NCBI GenBank assembly: GCA_013298485.1
Contig: JAAFHS010000002.1
Span: 1-26,277, forward strand
Source: Rhodobacterales bacterium
Lineage (GTDB): Bacteria; Pseudomonadota; Alphaproteobacteria; Rhodobacterales; Rhodobacteraceae
DNA: 26,277 bases
Direction: 5' to 3'
The notes beneath the pieces were generated by a model that was given only the letters and a program-made list of their open reading frames with translations, made no database searches and was not told where the DNA came from. Made by a program: the position numbers and the translations under genes. Position 1 is the first letter of the stretch. The number at the start of each line of letters is the position of its first letter. Shown piece after piece: positions 1 to 8,940 of the stretch.

Positions 1-991
1 CTTCGGCGACCCAGTCGCAGCGGTTGATCCCGGCAAAGATGTTCACAAGGATCACACTGACATTGCGGTCGCCTAGCACCGTGCGGAAGGCGCGCACCAC
101 GCGTTCGGGTGACGCGCCACCGCCAATATCCAGAAAATTCGCAGGCTCCCCCCCCGCCAGTTTGATCATGTCCATCGTGGCCATCGCAAGGCCCGCACCA
201 TTGATGATGCAGCCGATGTCACCGTCCAGCCCCACATAGGCCAGCCCATGGTCGCCCGCCGTGCTTTCGCGCGGGTCTTCCTGGCTGCGGTCGCGCAGCC
301 CTGCCACTTCGGGGCGACGGTAAAGCGCATTCGTGTCAAAGCTCATCTTCGCATCAACCGCGACCAGATCGCCCGCCCCCGTGATGACCAGCGGGTTGAT
401 TTCCACCATCATCGCGTCAAGGTCGCGGTAAGCGCGATAGCAGGCCCGAAGAACGGTCGTCATCTGATTGATTTGCTTGCCTTCCAGCCCCAACCCGAAC
501 GCAAGTTCGCGTGCCTGAAACTGTGACAGCCCCACGGCCGGGTCCACGATCATCCGGCGCAGCGAACCCGGATCGGTTTCCGCAAGATCCTCAATCTCCA
601 TCCCACCATGGGCGGAGGCCACGATCATGATCCGCTCTGAAACGCGGTCGAGAACGAAGCCCAGATACATCTCTTTCGCGATATCCGATGCGGCCTCGAC
701 CCAAAGGCGATACACGCCCTTGCCATTGGCATCCGTCTGTTTCGTCACCAGTTGCCGCCCCAGAAGGCTGGCTGCATAATCCTGCACCTCGTCCACCGTT
801 TTGCACAGCTTTACGCCGCCCGCCGCCCCACGCCCCCCCGCGTGGATCTGCGCCTTTACGACGAAAGGCCCGTCACCCAGACCCCGCGCCACCATTGCGG
901 CCTGCTCCGGGCTGAACGCTACACCCCCTTGCGGAACGGGCACGCCGAACCGCGCGAGGATGTCTTTCGCCTGATGTTCGTGAATATCCAT
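1..991 (-). CDS. mtkA: Malate--CoA ligase (malate thiokinase) beta subunit, SucC-like; partial, runs off the left edge
   Basis: Absent from the ORF track because it is truncated. Manual translation from ATG at 991 gives [23 protein letters not shown]...[12 protein letters not shown]...EINPL...[11 protein letters not shown]...NFLDIGGGA...[21 protein letters not shown] fits MtkA better than SucC (GIMRCD). G-run RBS upstream; 9 bp downstream of mcl. Confidence 0.88.
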   Translation of the reverse strand, partial: MDIHEHQAKDILARFGVPVPQGGVAFSPEQAAMVARGLGDGPFVVKAQIHAGGRGAAGGVKLCKTVDEVQDYAASLLGRQLVTKQTDANGKGVYRLWVEAASDIAKEMYLGFVLDRVSERIMIVASAHGGMEIEDLAETDPGSLRRMIVDPAVGLSQFQARELAFGLGLEGKQINQMTTVLRACYRAYRDLDAMMVEINPLVITGAGDLVAVDAKMSFDTNALYRRPEVAGLRDRSQEDPRESTAGDHGLAYVGLDGDIGCIINGAGLAMATMDMIKLAGGEPANFLDIGGGASPERVVRAFRTVLGDRNVSVILVNIFAGINRCDWVAE

Positions 992-1000
992 CGATCCCCC

Positions 1001-1942
1001 CTATCCCCGGGCCGCAATGGCATCGGCCACCACCAGCACGTTGTTCGCCATCTTTTCGGATGCCGCATCGATCATGCGGCCATCGAGCTGTGCTGCACCT
1101 TTGCCTTGTGCCTCTGCCTCGCGTAGCGCCGCGATGATGCGGCGGGCCTTGGTCACCTCAGCCTCCGGCGGTGAAAACACGTCATTTGCCAAGGCGACCT
1201 GCGACGGATGGATCGCCCATTTCCCTTCACAGCCCAGTGCCGCTGCACGCCGCGCGCCATCCTTATACCCTTCCGGATCGTTGAAATCACCAAATGGCCC
1301 GTCAATCGGGCGCAGACCGTAAGCGCGGCAGGCCACCACCATCCGCGTGATCGACGCATGCCACTGATCGCCCGGATACATCGGGTTCAACCCGCCGATA
1401 TTCGTGGTGCGCGCCCGCATGCTCGCCGCATAATCCGCAACACCGAAATGCAGCGCCTCCAGCCGCCCGCCGAACTGCGCAATCGCCTCCACATTGGCCA
1501 TGCCAAGGGCGGTTTCGATCAGAGCCTCCAGCCCCACACGGGTGGTGTATCCCTTGCCCTGTTCGATCTGGTTGACCATCGCCTCAACCATGTAAAGATC
1601 GCCTGTGACGCCAACCTTTGGCACCAGCAGCGTGTGCACTTTGGAGCCAGCCTGTTCCATGACATCGACCACATCGCGGTACATGTAATGTGTATCCAGC
1701 CCGTTGATGCGCACCGACACCGTCTTGCCCTTTGCGGCCCAGTCAATGTCATTCAGCGCCTGAACCGCGTTCTTGCGCGCCTGTTCCTTTTCGGACGGGG
1801 CGACTGCATCTTCCAGGTCCAGGAACACGAAATCCGCAGGTCCATCGGCGGCTTTGTCGATCATCGACGGGTTGCTGGCAGGAACCGCCAGTTCAGACCG
1901 TTGCAGGCGCGCCTTGCGGAGCGGGTAAAGCGTATGGCTCAT
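1001..1942 (-). CDS. mcl: Malyl-CoA/beta-methylmalyl-CoA lyase (HpcH/CitE-like fold)
   Basis: Motifs RSELAVP, FLDLEDAVAP, RINGLDTHYMYRDV, LIETALGMANVE, FGVADYAAS and KWAIHPSQ resemble serine-cycle MclA; lies between an aminotransferase and mtkA. Confidence 0.9.
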   Translation of the reverse strand: MSHTLYPLRKARLQRSELAVPASNPSMIDKAADGPADFVFLDLEDAVAPSEKEQARKNAVQALNDIDWAAKGKTVSVRINGLDTHYMYRDVVDVMEQAGSKVHTLLVPKVGVTGDLYMVEAMVNQIEQGKGYTTRVGLEALIETALGMANVEAIAQFGGRLEALHFGVADYAASMRARTTNIGGLNPMYPGDQWHASITRMVVACRAYGLRPIDGPFGDFNDPEGYKDGARRAAALGCEGKWAIHPSQVALANDVFSPPEAEVTKARRIIAALREAEAQGKGAAQLDGRMIDAASEKMANNVLVVADAIAARG

Positions 1943-1957
1943 GTCATTCTTCCCTGT

Positions 1958-3160
1958 TCATTCCGCCGCGACATTCACCTGCGCGCCCGCCATTCGTCCA
2001 GTCGAAAACCAGTGCTGCGCGGCCGCCACGCCCGATCCGAAACGGATGTTCACGCCCGCCTCGGCCATCGCCATTTCGGTAACGGACAGCGCCGTCAGCG
2101 CCATGCCTTCGTTCAGATCACCCAAGTGCCCGATGCGGAACACCTTTCCCGCAAGCCGCGACAGACCTGATCCCAGCGACAGGCAATAGCGGTCATAGGC
2201 GATGCGGATCACCTCACGCGCGTCCACGTCGGCAGGCACGCGAATTGCGCTGACGGTGTTGGAATAAAGCGAGGGGTGCTCTGCCACCAACTCCAACCCC
2301 CAGGCTGCAACGGCCCGGCGGACGCCTTCGGCGAGCCGCGCATGACGGGCCAGCACATTATCCAACCCTTCGGCCTTGATCCGGTCAAGCGCGCAGCGCA
2401 TGCCATGCAGCAATTGTGTGGGCGGCGTGTACGGGAAATACCCCCCGGCATTCAGGTTGACCATGTCCTTGAATTCGAAATAGGCCCGCCGCATCGTCGC
2501 GGTCTGCGCCGCCGCCATGGCCTTGACGCTGACACCCAGCACCCCGAGACCGGCCGGGCACATCAGACCTTTTTGGCTGCCCGATACGGCCAAGTCGACA
2601 CCCCAGTCATCCATCCGGAAATCGACAGACGCAAGGGATGACACCGCATCCACAAACAACAGCGCATCATGATGCGTATCCGTCATCGCCCGCCGCACTG
2701 CGGCGACATCGCTGGTCACGCCCGTCGCGGTCTCGTTATGCGTGACGAAAACAGCCTTGATCTGCCCCTTGCGATCTGCAGCCAGGCGGGCCGCAAATTC
2801 CGTGGCAGGCGTGCCTTGGCCCCAATCGACATCAACCACATCGACCTCAAGCCCAAGGCGTTCAGCCATCTCCACCCACAGCGTGCTGAACTGCCCGTGG
2901 CGCGCCATCAGAACCCGGTCGCCGGGGTTCAGCGTATTGGTGATGGCAGCTTCCCAGGCCGCAGTACCGGACCCGGGGAATAGCATGACAGTGCCATCAA
3001 CGGTGCGGAACAGCCCCTTCAGGTCATTGAACAGGCCAATCCACTGCGCCCCGAAATCATGCGCCCGCATATCCTGCATCGGCACATTCATCGCCTGACG
3101 CACTGCGTCGGGCACGTTGGTCGGGCCTGGAATATACAAGTGCGCGATACCGGTTTTCAT
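1958..3160 (-). CDS. sgaA: Class V PLP aminotransferase, probable serine--glyoxylate aminotransferase
   Basis: IPGPTNVP, THNETATGV, VDAVSS, PLP-lysine motif SGSQKG, FRIGHLG. Start set at ATG 3160 behind GGAGG. The sga call rests on the mcl/mtkA context; the sequence alone does not exclude a BhcA-like specificity. Confidence 0.75.
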   Translation of the reverse strand: MKTGIAHLYIPGPTNVPDAVRQAMNVPMQDMRAHDFGAQWIGLFNDLKGLFRTVDGTVMLFPGSGTAAWEAAITNTLNPGDRVLMARHGQFSTLWVEMAERLGLEVDVVDVDWGQGTPATEFAARLAADRKGQIKAVFVTHNETATGVTSDVAAVRRAMTDTHHDALLFVDAVSSLASVDFRMDDWGVDLAVSGSQKGLMCPAGLGVLGVSVKAMAAAQTATMRRAYFEFKDMVNLNAGGYFPYTPPTQLLHGMRCALDRIKAEGLDNVLARHARLAEGVRRAVAAWGLELVAEHPSLYSNTVSAIRVPADVDAREVIRIAYDRYCLSLGSGLSRLAGKVFRIGHLGDLNEGMALTALSVTEMAMAEAGVNIRFGSGVAAAQHWFSTGRMAGAQVNVAAE

Positions 3161-3230
3161 GATCACCTCCCATTGGGTCAGCGTTCTGATGCCGCAAGGT
3201 CAGCAATGTGCAAAGGCAAAGCAGGTTCTG

Positions 3231-3285
3231 CTGTAAACGCGAAAGTTTACAGAGTGAATTTCTTGTAATATTGTCAATTTTACAG
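3231..3285. promoter_or_regulatory. Candidate operator: perfect inverted repeat CTGTAAAC-N6-GTTTACAG (3231-3252) plus degenerate second copy TGTAA-N11-TTACA (3264-3284)
   Basis: Seen directly in the AT-rich divergent intergenic region between sgaA and the ScfR-family gene. Function is inferred. Confidence 0.6.
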
Positions 3286-3307
3286 ACTTGAATTCGTGTG
3301 CAGCGGT

Positions 3308-4702
3308 ATGCAGAAAACATTCATCGGGCCGCATCTGCGGCGCTTGCGTCTGGAACGCAGCGAAACTCAAGGGGCCATGGCACGCACCCTCGGGATCAGC
3401 ACGTCGTATGTTAACCTACTGGAAAATAATGAACGTTCCGTCTCGGTCCAGGTCCTGCTGCGTCTGTTTGAGGCTTACGGCGTCGACTGGCGCGAGATTG
3501 CCGAAGACGATGGCGCGGGGCAGCTTGCAGATCTGCGCGCAGCGATGCAGGACCCGCTTTTTGCGACATCACGCCCCGATTTGACCCAACTCCGTGCAGC
3601 CCTCGTGCATGCGCCCGATCTGGCCGCCGCATTTCTGCGCCTGCACCGGTCCTATCAGGCGGCGACAGATCAACTTTTGTCGCTGTCCGAAGCAGAAGCC
3701 CCCAATCTGACGACAAGCCCCGAGGCCGCCGTTCACCATGTCTTTCGGCGCAACCGCAACCACTTTGCAGAACTGGAAAGTGCCGCCGAAGGGTTCTGGG
3801 CCGGTCCGGTCGCGCGGGATGATATCTACACGGCGCTGAAGGCGCGGCTGCGCGACCGGATTGGCGTGACTGTCCGCCTTGCCTCCGTTTCCGAACTGCC
3901 AGACACGCTGCGCCAATATGACGAGGCGCGGCGCGAAATCCTTTTGTCCGAAGCGCTGGATCACATCAACCGCATCTTTCAACTGGTTCATATGACAGGA
4001 CTTTTGGAACTTCGTCCGCTTTTCGACATGCTGATTGCGCGGTCTGATATCGCCGATCCGCGCGGCATCGGACGGTTGCGGGTGGAGCTTGCGAATTACT
4101 TTGCGGCTGCAGTTCTGATGCCCTACGACGCCTACCTGTCTGAGGCGCGGGCCACGAAATATGATCTTGATCATCTGGCGACACGCTTTGGCGTCAGCTT
4201 TGAGCAGGCCTGCCACCGCGCCACCACCATGCAGCGTGATGGGGCGCAAGGTGTGCCGTTCTTTTTCATGCGCATCGACAAGGGCGGCAATGTGACCAAA
4301 CGGTTCAATGCCACCGGTTTTCACCTGGCAGAATATGGCGGGGCCTGCCCGCGGCTGGATGTGCACACATCGTTCCGCACACCGGGAAAGATCGTGCCGC
4401 AGTTTGTGGAAATGCCTGATAATTCACAGTATTTCGTGTTTTCGCGCACCGTGGACCGGCCCACATTCGAACGGCACGGCCAGGATAACCGGCTGGCCGT
4501 TGCACTGGGTTGCATGATCGAGCATGCGCCATCCATCGGCTATGCCGAAGCGTTCACCGTCACCCGCGCACGGATGACGCCGATCGGGATCAACTGCCGA
4601 ATCTGTCCGCGCGCAAACTGCGATCAACGCGCGCATCAGGCCGCCATCCTGACCCAACCCGTGGATGAAAAGCGGCGCGGGGCGACGCGGTTTGACGGCT
4701 GA
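3308..4702 (+). CDS. Short-chain fatty acyl-CoA regulator (ScfR; RamB/PrpR/PccR family), XRE HTH plus C-terminal Cys cluster
   Basis: N-terminal FIGPHLRRLR...ARTLGISTSYVNLLENNER HTH; ELANYFAAAVLMPY; FGVSFEQACHR; GGACPRLDVH; C-terminal GINCRICPRANCDQRA. Start set at ATG 3308. Confidence 0.9.
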   Translation: MQKTFIGPHLRRLRLERSETQGAMARTLGISTSYVNLLENNERSVSVQVLLRLFEAYGVDWREIAEDDGAGQLADLRAAMQDPLFATSRPDLTQLRAALVHAPDLAAAFLRLHRSYQAATDQLLSLSEAEAPNLTTSPEAAVHHVFRRNRNHFAELESAAEGFWAGPVARDDIYTALKARLRDRIGVTVRLASVSELPDTLRQYDEARREILLSEALDHINRIFQLVHMTGLLELRPLFDMLIARSDIADPRGIGRLRVELANYFAAAVLMPYDAYLSEARATKYDLDHLATRFGVSFEQACHRATTMQRDGAQGVPFFFMRIDKGGNVTKRFNATGFHLAEYGGACPRLDVHTSFRTPGKIVPQFVEMPDNSQYFVFSRTVDRPTFERHGQDNRLAVALGCMIEHAPSIGYAEAFTVTRARMTPIGINCRICPRANCDQRAHQAAILTQPVDEKRRGATRFDG

Positions 4703-4996
4703 CAGAAGCCCTGCCGCGGCAGCGGTTAACAAGAGATGAACACTCTGGAAACAGGCCATATTCCCTACAGAAAGCGATCATACTGCACTCTTGCTCTGCA
4801 ACCCCTGCGCGAGCCCATGCGCAGGCCCCCGGACTGCCGCTGTCGGCTGTCGCAAAAGCGTTACGCGGGCGGCTTATCGAGGCTTGCCAGACCTTGCTGC
4901 GCGCCGTTACATAACTGTTACAAAGTCGCCCTGCACGGTCGTCTTGGGCAGAACCGCAAGCAGGGCGACGCAGAACCTTGAACGGGGAGAGACCTC

Positions 4997-6100
4997 ATGA
5001 AACTGACGAAACTGATCGCGACAGGTGCAAGCCTGATCGCACTTGTTGCTGGTGGAATGGCACAAGCCCAATCGCTCGAAGAGCTGGAGGCTGCCGCGAA
5101 AGCCGAAGGCATGTTGACCACCATCGCCCTGCCCCATGACTGGTGCGGCTATGGTGCGGTGATCGAAGGCTTCAAAGCCAAGTATCCTGAAATCACCGTG
5201 AACGAGTTGAACCCGGATGCCGGGTCGGCGGATGAGCTTGAGGCAATCCGCGCCAACAGGGACAACACAGGTCCCCAAGCCCCTGACGTGATCGATGTGG
5301 GCCTGTCGTTCGGCCCGCAGGCTAAAGAAGAAGGTCTGATCCAGCCGTACAAAGTAGCGACGTGGGACACCATCCCAGGTGACGCGAAGGATGCCGAAGG
5401 TTACTGGTACGGCGATTACTACGGCGTGATGGCGATTGCCGTGAATACCGATCTCGTCACAACCATGCCGGCCGATTGGGCCGACCTGCTGAAGCCCGAT
5501 TATGCCAACAGCGTCGCCCTGTCGGGTGATCCGCGCAACGGCAACCAGCCGCTGATAGCAGTCATGTCAGCCGGTATGGCGGCGGGTGCGGCACCTGGCA
5601 AAGACTCGGCCGAAGCCGGGCTGAAGTTCTTTGCCGACCTGAACGCGGCAGGCAACTTTGTTCCTGTTACGGGCGGCACAGCAACCATCGCGCAAGGCGC
5701 GACACCGATCGTGGCGGCCTGGGACTATAACCTGCTGGCATGGCGTGATGGCCTTGCCGGCAACCCGCCGGTGGAAGTGTTCGTACCAGCATCGGGTACC
5801 GTTGCCGGCGTCTATGTACAGGCAATCAGCGCCTATGCACCGCACCCGAATGCCGCAAAGCTGTGGATGGAGTATCTGTACTCCGATGAAGGGCAACTGG
5901 GCTGGCTGGCTGGCTACTGCCATCCGATCCGCTTTAATGACATGGTCGCGCGCGGGGTTGTTCCGCAGGAAATGCTCGACGCGCTGCCCCCAGCAGAGGC
6001 CTATGCCAACGCGGTGTTCCCGACACTTGAACAGCAGGCTGAACACAAGGCTGTGGTGACCGAGAACTGGGACGCTGTCGTCGGCGTCGTTGTCGAGTAA
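4997..6100 (+). CDS. ABC transporter periplasmic binding protein, PotD/AfuA-like family
   Basis: Sec-type signal peptide (MKLTKLIATGASLIALVAGGMAQA), APDVIDVG, APHPNAAKLWMEYLYS; GGGGAGA RBS; first gene of a four-gene ABC operon. Confidence 0.88.
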   Translation: MKLTKLIATGASLIALVAGGMAQAQSLEELEAAAKAEGMLTTIALPHDWCGYGAVIEGFKAKYPEITVNELNPDAGSADELEAIRANRDNTGPQAPDVIDVGLSFGPQAKEEGLIQPYKVATWDTIPGDAKDAEGYWYGDYYGVMAIAVNTDLVTTMPADWADLLKPDYANSVALSGDPRNGNQPLIAVMSAGMAAGAAPGKDSAEAGLKFFADLNAAGNFVPVTGGTATIAQGATPIVAAWDYNLLAWRDGLAGNPPVEVFVPASGTVAGVYVQAISAYAPHPNAAKLWMEYLYSDEGQLGWLAGYCHPIRFNDMVARGVVPQEMLDALPPAEAYANAVFPTLEQQAEHKAVVTENWDAVVGVVVE

Positions 6101-6116
6101 GCCACGAGAGATCAAG

Positions 6117-6144
6117 GCAACCCCGGCGCATCTGCCGGGGCTGC
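6117..6144 (+). other. Intercistronic stem-loop after the binding-protein gene
   Basis: CCCCGGC-gcatct-GCCGGGG stem with outer GCA/TGC pairs and no U-tract. This position is typical of an mRNA-stabilising hairpin. Confidence 0.55.
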
Positions 6145-6168
6145 TGCTCTGTTTGTTTGGATGGGTTG

Positions 6169-7071
6169 ATGGATACCGCAATACAGGCACGCACCGTACA
6201 TCCTATTCCCGGACGTCCGAAGATCGGCAAAGTATCATTAAACTGGATTGGCGTGATGCCATTTCTTTTGTTCGCGGTTCTGTTTCTGCTGCTGCCGACG
6301 TTGAACATCGTGCTGGGCGCGTTTCGCACGCAGACGGGGACCTTCACGCTTCAGAACATTTATAACCTGACCAACCCGCGGATCATCGCGGCCTTCTGGG
6401 TCTCTATTCAGTTGAGTTTTGCCAGCGCGCTGATCGGCTGTGTCCTTGGGTTCGTGATTGCAGCGGGCGTCACGCTGGGCGGATTGCCTTCATGGCTGCG
6501 CGCACCCATGCTGACGTTTTCGGGGGTGGCCTCAAACTTTGCCGGTGTGCCGTTGTCATTCGCCTTCATCGCCACCTTGGGCCGCGTCGGCATTCTGACG
6601 ATTATCCTGCGCGACTGGTTCGGCATCAATCTTTACGGAATGGGCTTTAACCTTATCAGCTTCTGGGGTCTGGTTCTGGTGTATCTGTACTTTCAGATCC
6701 CCCTGATGATCCTGATCATCACGCCGGCCCTGGACGGTCTGAAACGCGAGTGGCGCGAGGCCGCATCCATCATGGGGGCCAGCGGGTTTCAGTATTGGCG
6801 GATGGTCGCCCTGCCCGTCTTGTGGCCGTCGATCCTGGGCACGATGGCTCTGCTCTTTGCCAACAGCTTTGGCGCGATTGCAACAGCCGTGGCGTTGACG
6901 GGATCGCAACTGGCCATCGTACCCATCGTATTGTTCAACCAGATCAGGGGTGACGTTCTGCAGGATCCGCAGCTGGGCTATGCGATTGCCTTCGGCATGA
7001 TCGTGGTCACGGGGATCACCAATCTGATTTACATCGTATTGCGCGTCCGTTCTGAACGGTGGTCAAAATGA
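6169..7071 (+). CDS. ABC permease (PotB-like)
   Basis: Multiple hydrophobic helices and EAA loop WREAASIMGAS; ATGA overlap with the next gene. Confidence 0.9.
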   Translation: MDTAIQARTVHPIPGRPKIGKVSLNWIGVMPFLLFAVLFLLLPTLNIVLGAFRTQTGTFTLQNIYNLTNPRIIAAFWVSIQLSFASALIGCVLGFVIAAGVTLGGLPSWLRAPMLTFSGVASNFAGVPLSFAFIATLGRVGILTIILRDWFGINLYGMGFNLISFWGLVLVYLYFQIPLMILIITPALDGLKREWREAASIMGASGFQYWRMVALPVLWPSILGTMALLFANSFGAIATAVALTGSQLAIVPIVLFNQIRGDVLQDPQLGYAIAFGMIVVTGITNLIYIVLRVRSERWSK

Positions 7072-7856
7072 AGACGACGCGTTTTTGGTCATATGCCGCA
7101 TTCATTGCAGGGCTGATCTATTTTGTCGTGCCCCTGATCGGGATGTTCGAGTTTTCACTGCGCAAGCGGCGAGGTGAGTATTCGTTTGATGCCTATACAT
7201 CCGTCCTGAATGATCCGCAGTTTCAGCAGACATTCCTGTATTCCGTTGCCTTGTCGATCTGCACCATCCTTCTTGGGGTGCTGTTGATCGTTCCCACTGC
7301 CTATTGGGTGCGTCTTAAGCTGCCAAGGATGCGGCCCGTCATTGAATTCATTACGCTATTGCCACTGGTCATTCCGCCGATCGTCATCGTGTTCGGCTAC
7401 ATCCGGCTATACAACACATCATCATGGTTGCCGTTTACGGGGACGGCAATGGGCACGAACGTGCTGTTGACCTTTGGTTATGCCGTGCTCGCCCTGCCGT
7501 ATATGTACCGGGCGGTTGATACGGGTCTGCGGGCGATTGATATTGCCACCTTGACCGAAGCGGCCCAGAGCCTCGGTGCGGGATGGGTCACGATCATCTG
7601 GCGGGTTATTCTACCGAATGTGCTGGTTGCGGTGCTGTCGGGGGCGTTTCTGACGTTTGCTATCGTGATCGGTGAATATGTCATGTCGGCCCTGCTGGAT
7701 CGCCCGGCTTTTGGTCCGTATCTGGTTTGGATCGGGGCGAACAAGGCGTACGAGCCATCGGCTTTGGCAGTCATGACATTTGCCATCACCTGGGCCTGCA
7801 TGGGGCTGATTCAGTTGATCACCCGATTTTCCAAGCATACAAGGGCCATGGCATGA
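7068..7856 (+). CDS. ABC permease (PotC-like)
   Basis: Hydrophobic helices and EAA loop LTEAAQSLGAG; ATGA overlaps at both ends. Confidence 0.9.
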   Translation: MKTTRFWSYAAFIAGLIYFVVPLIGMFEFSLRKRRGEYSFDAYTSVLNDPQFQQTFLYSVALSICTILLGVLLIVPTAYWVRLKLPRMRPVIEFITLLPLVIPPIVIVFGYIRLYNTSSWLPFTGTAMGTNVLLTFGYAVLALPYMYRAVDTGLRAIDIATLTEAAQSLGAGWVTIIWRVILPNVLVAVLSGAFLTFAIVIGEYVMSALLDRPAFGPYLVWIGANKAYEPSALAVMTFAITWACMGLIQLITRFSKHTRAMA

Positions 7857-8905
7857 CATTCCTGACCATCTCGCATCTGGAAAAATCCTTTGGGTCCAAC
7901 AGGGTGGTCAAGGATTTTGATCTGGACATCGCGAAGGGCGAGTTCGTGTCGCTGCTGGGGCCATCGGGTTGTGGGAAGACGACGGTGCTGCGCATGGTGG
8001 CAGGGTTCGAGACACCGTCGCAGGGCGCGATCCGGATTGACGGCAAGGATGTGGTGGGCCTGCGGCCCAATCAGCGCAACATCGGAATGGTGTTTCAGGC
8101 CTATGCGCTGTTTCCCAACCTGACGGTGGCGCAGAACGTCGCCTTTGGCATGAAAGTCAAGGGTCTGCCGCGCGCCGAGATCGACAGCCGCGTGACGGAA
8201 ATGCTTGATCTGATTGGGCTTCCTGATCTTGGCGCAAGGTTTCCGTTCCAGTTGTCGGGGGGGCAGCAGCAGCGGGTGGCGCTGGCGCGGGCCTTGGCGG
8301 TGCGCCCGCAGGTGTTGCTGCTGGATGAGCCGCTGTCGGCGCTGGACGCCAAGATCAGGGTCAGCCTGCGCATGGAAATCCGCGAGATTCAGCGCAGGCT
8401 GGGGATCACCACGATTTTCGTGACGCATGATCAGGAAGAGGCGCTGTCGATGTCCGACCGGATCGTGGTGATGAACGGCGGGATTGCGGAACAGGTGGGC
8501 ACACCGTTTGAGGTATATAACCGCCCGGCGACGAAGTTTGTAGCTAATTTTGTGGGGACTCTCAATACGTTCGACGCGAAAGTTGAGAATGCGTCTGAGG
8601 GACGCATCAGCCTGGACGGGGTGGCGATGACCCTGCCCGCAGCGGTACCGACGGGTGGTCGTGTGGCCATCGCGCTGCGACCGGAGGCGGTGCATCTGGG
8701 CCGCGCAGCGGGGCGCGAGGTGGTGCTGCCTGCGGTGATTGAAGACGTGCATTTCATGGGATCGGTGATCCGCGTGCGCGCGCGCGTGGCGGGCGCATCG
8801 GTGGCACTGGATACATTCAACCGGGCGGACAGCCCACCCCCTGCGGTGGGATCAAGTGCCGAGGTCAGCCTTTCGGCGCGGGATGTGATCGTGCTGAACG
8901 GGTGA
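7853..8905 (+). CDS. ABC ATP-binding protein (PotA/CysA-like, TOBE C-terminus)
   Basis: Walker A GPSGCGKT, signature LSGGQQQR, Walker B LLLDEP, VTHDQEEA. Start at ATG 7853 overlaps the permease stop. Confidence 0.93.
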   Translation: MTFLTISHLEKSFGSNRVVKDFDLDIAKGEFVSLLGPSGCGKTTVLRMVAGFETPSQGAIRIDGKDVVGLRPNQRNIGMVFQAYALFPNLTVAQNVAFGMKVKGLPRAEIDSRVTEMLDLIGLPDLGARFPFQLSGGQQQRVALARALAVRPQVLLLDEPLSALDAKIRVSLRMEIREIQRRLGITTIFVTHDQEEALSMSDRIVVMNGGIAEQVGTPFEVYNRPATKFVANFVGTLNTFDAKVENASEGRISLDGVAMTLPAAVPTGGRVAIALRPEAVHLGRAAGREVVLPAVIEDVHFMGSVIRVRARVAGASVALDTFNRADSPPPAVGSSAEVSLSARDVIVLNG

Positions 8906-8910
8906 GGGGC

Positions 8911-8933
8911 GATGGGCAGATTGCCCATCCTAC
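8911..8933 (-). repeat. Single GTAG-type REP-like hairpin between convergent genes; possible terminator
   Basis: The minus strand reads GTAG-GATGGGCA-ATC-TGCCCATC: a GTAG tetranucleotide abutting a perfect 8-bp stem. Only one copy in this window. Confidence 0.5.
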
Positions 8934-8940
8934 GGAATGG

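Noticed and set aside
1958-3160. Aminotransferase could be BhcA of the beta-hydroxyaspartate cycle
   Set aside because: No bhcBCD or IclR-type bhcR nearby; the neighbours are mcl and mtkA, which favours a serine-cycle role.
4711-4722. 12-bp perfect palindrome CTGCCGCGGCAG after the regulator stop
   Set aside because: No loop or U-tract, GC-rich and single-copy; plausible by chance.
6169-7856. Permease genes look more T-rich than the flanks, suggesting horizontal acquisition
   Set aside because: Hydrophobic codons are T-rich, and I could not compute GC3 or codon statistics to show a real anomaly.
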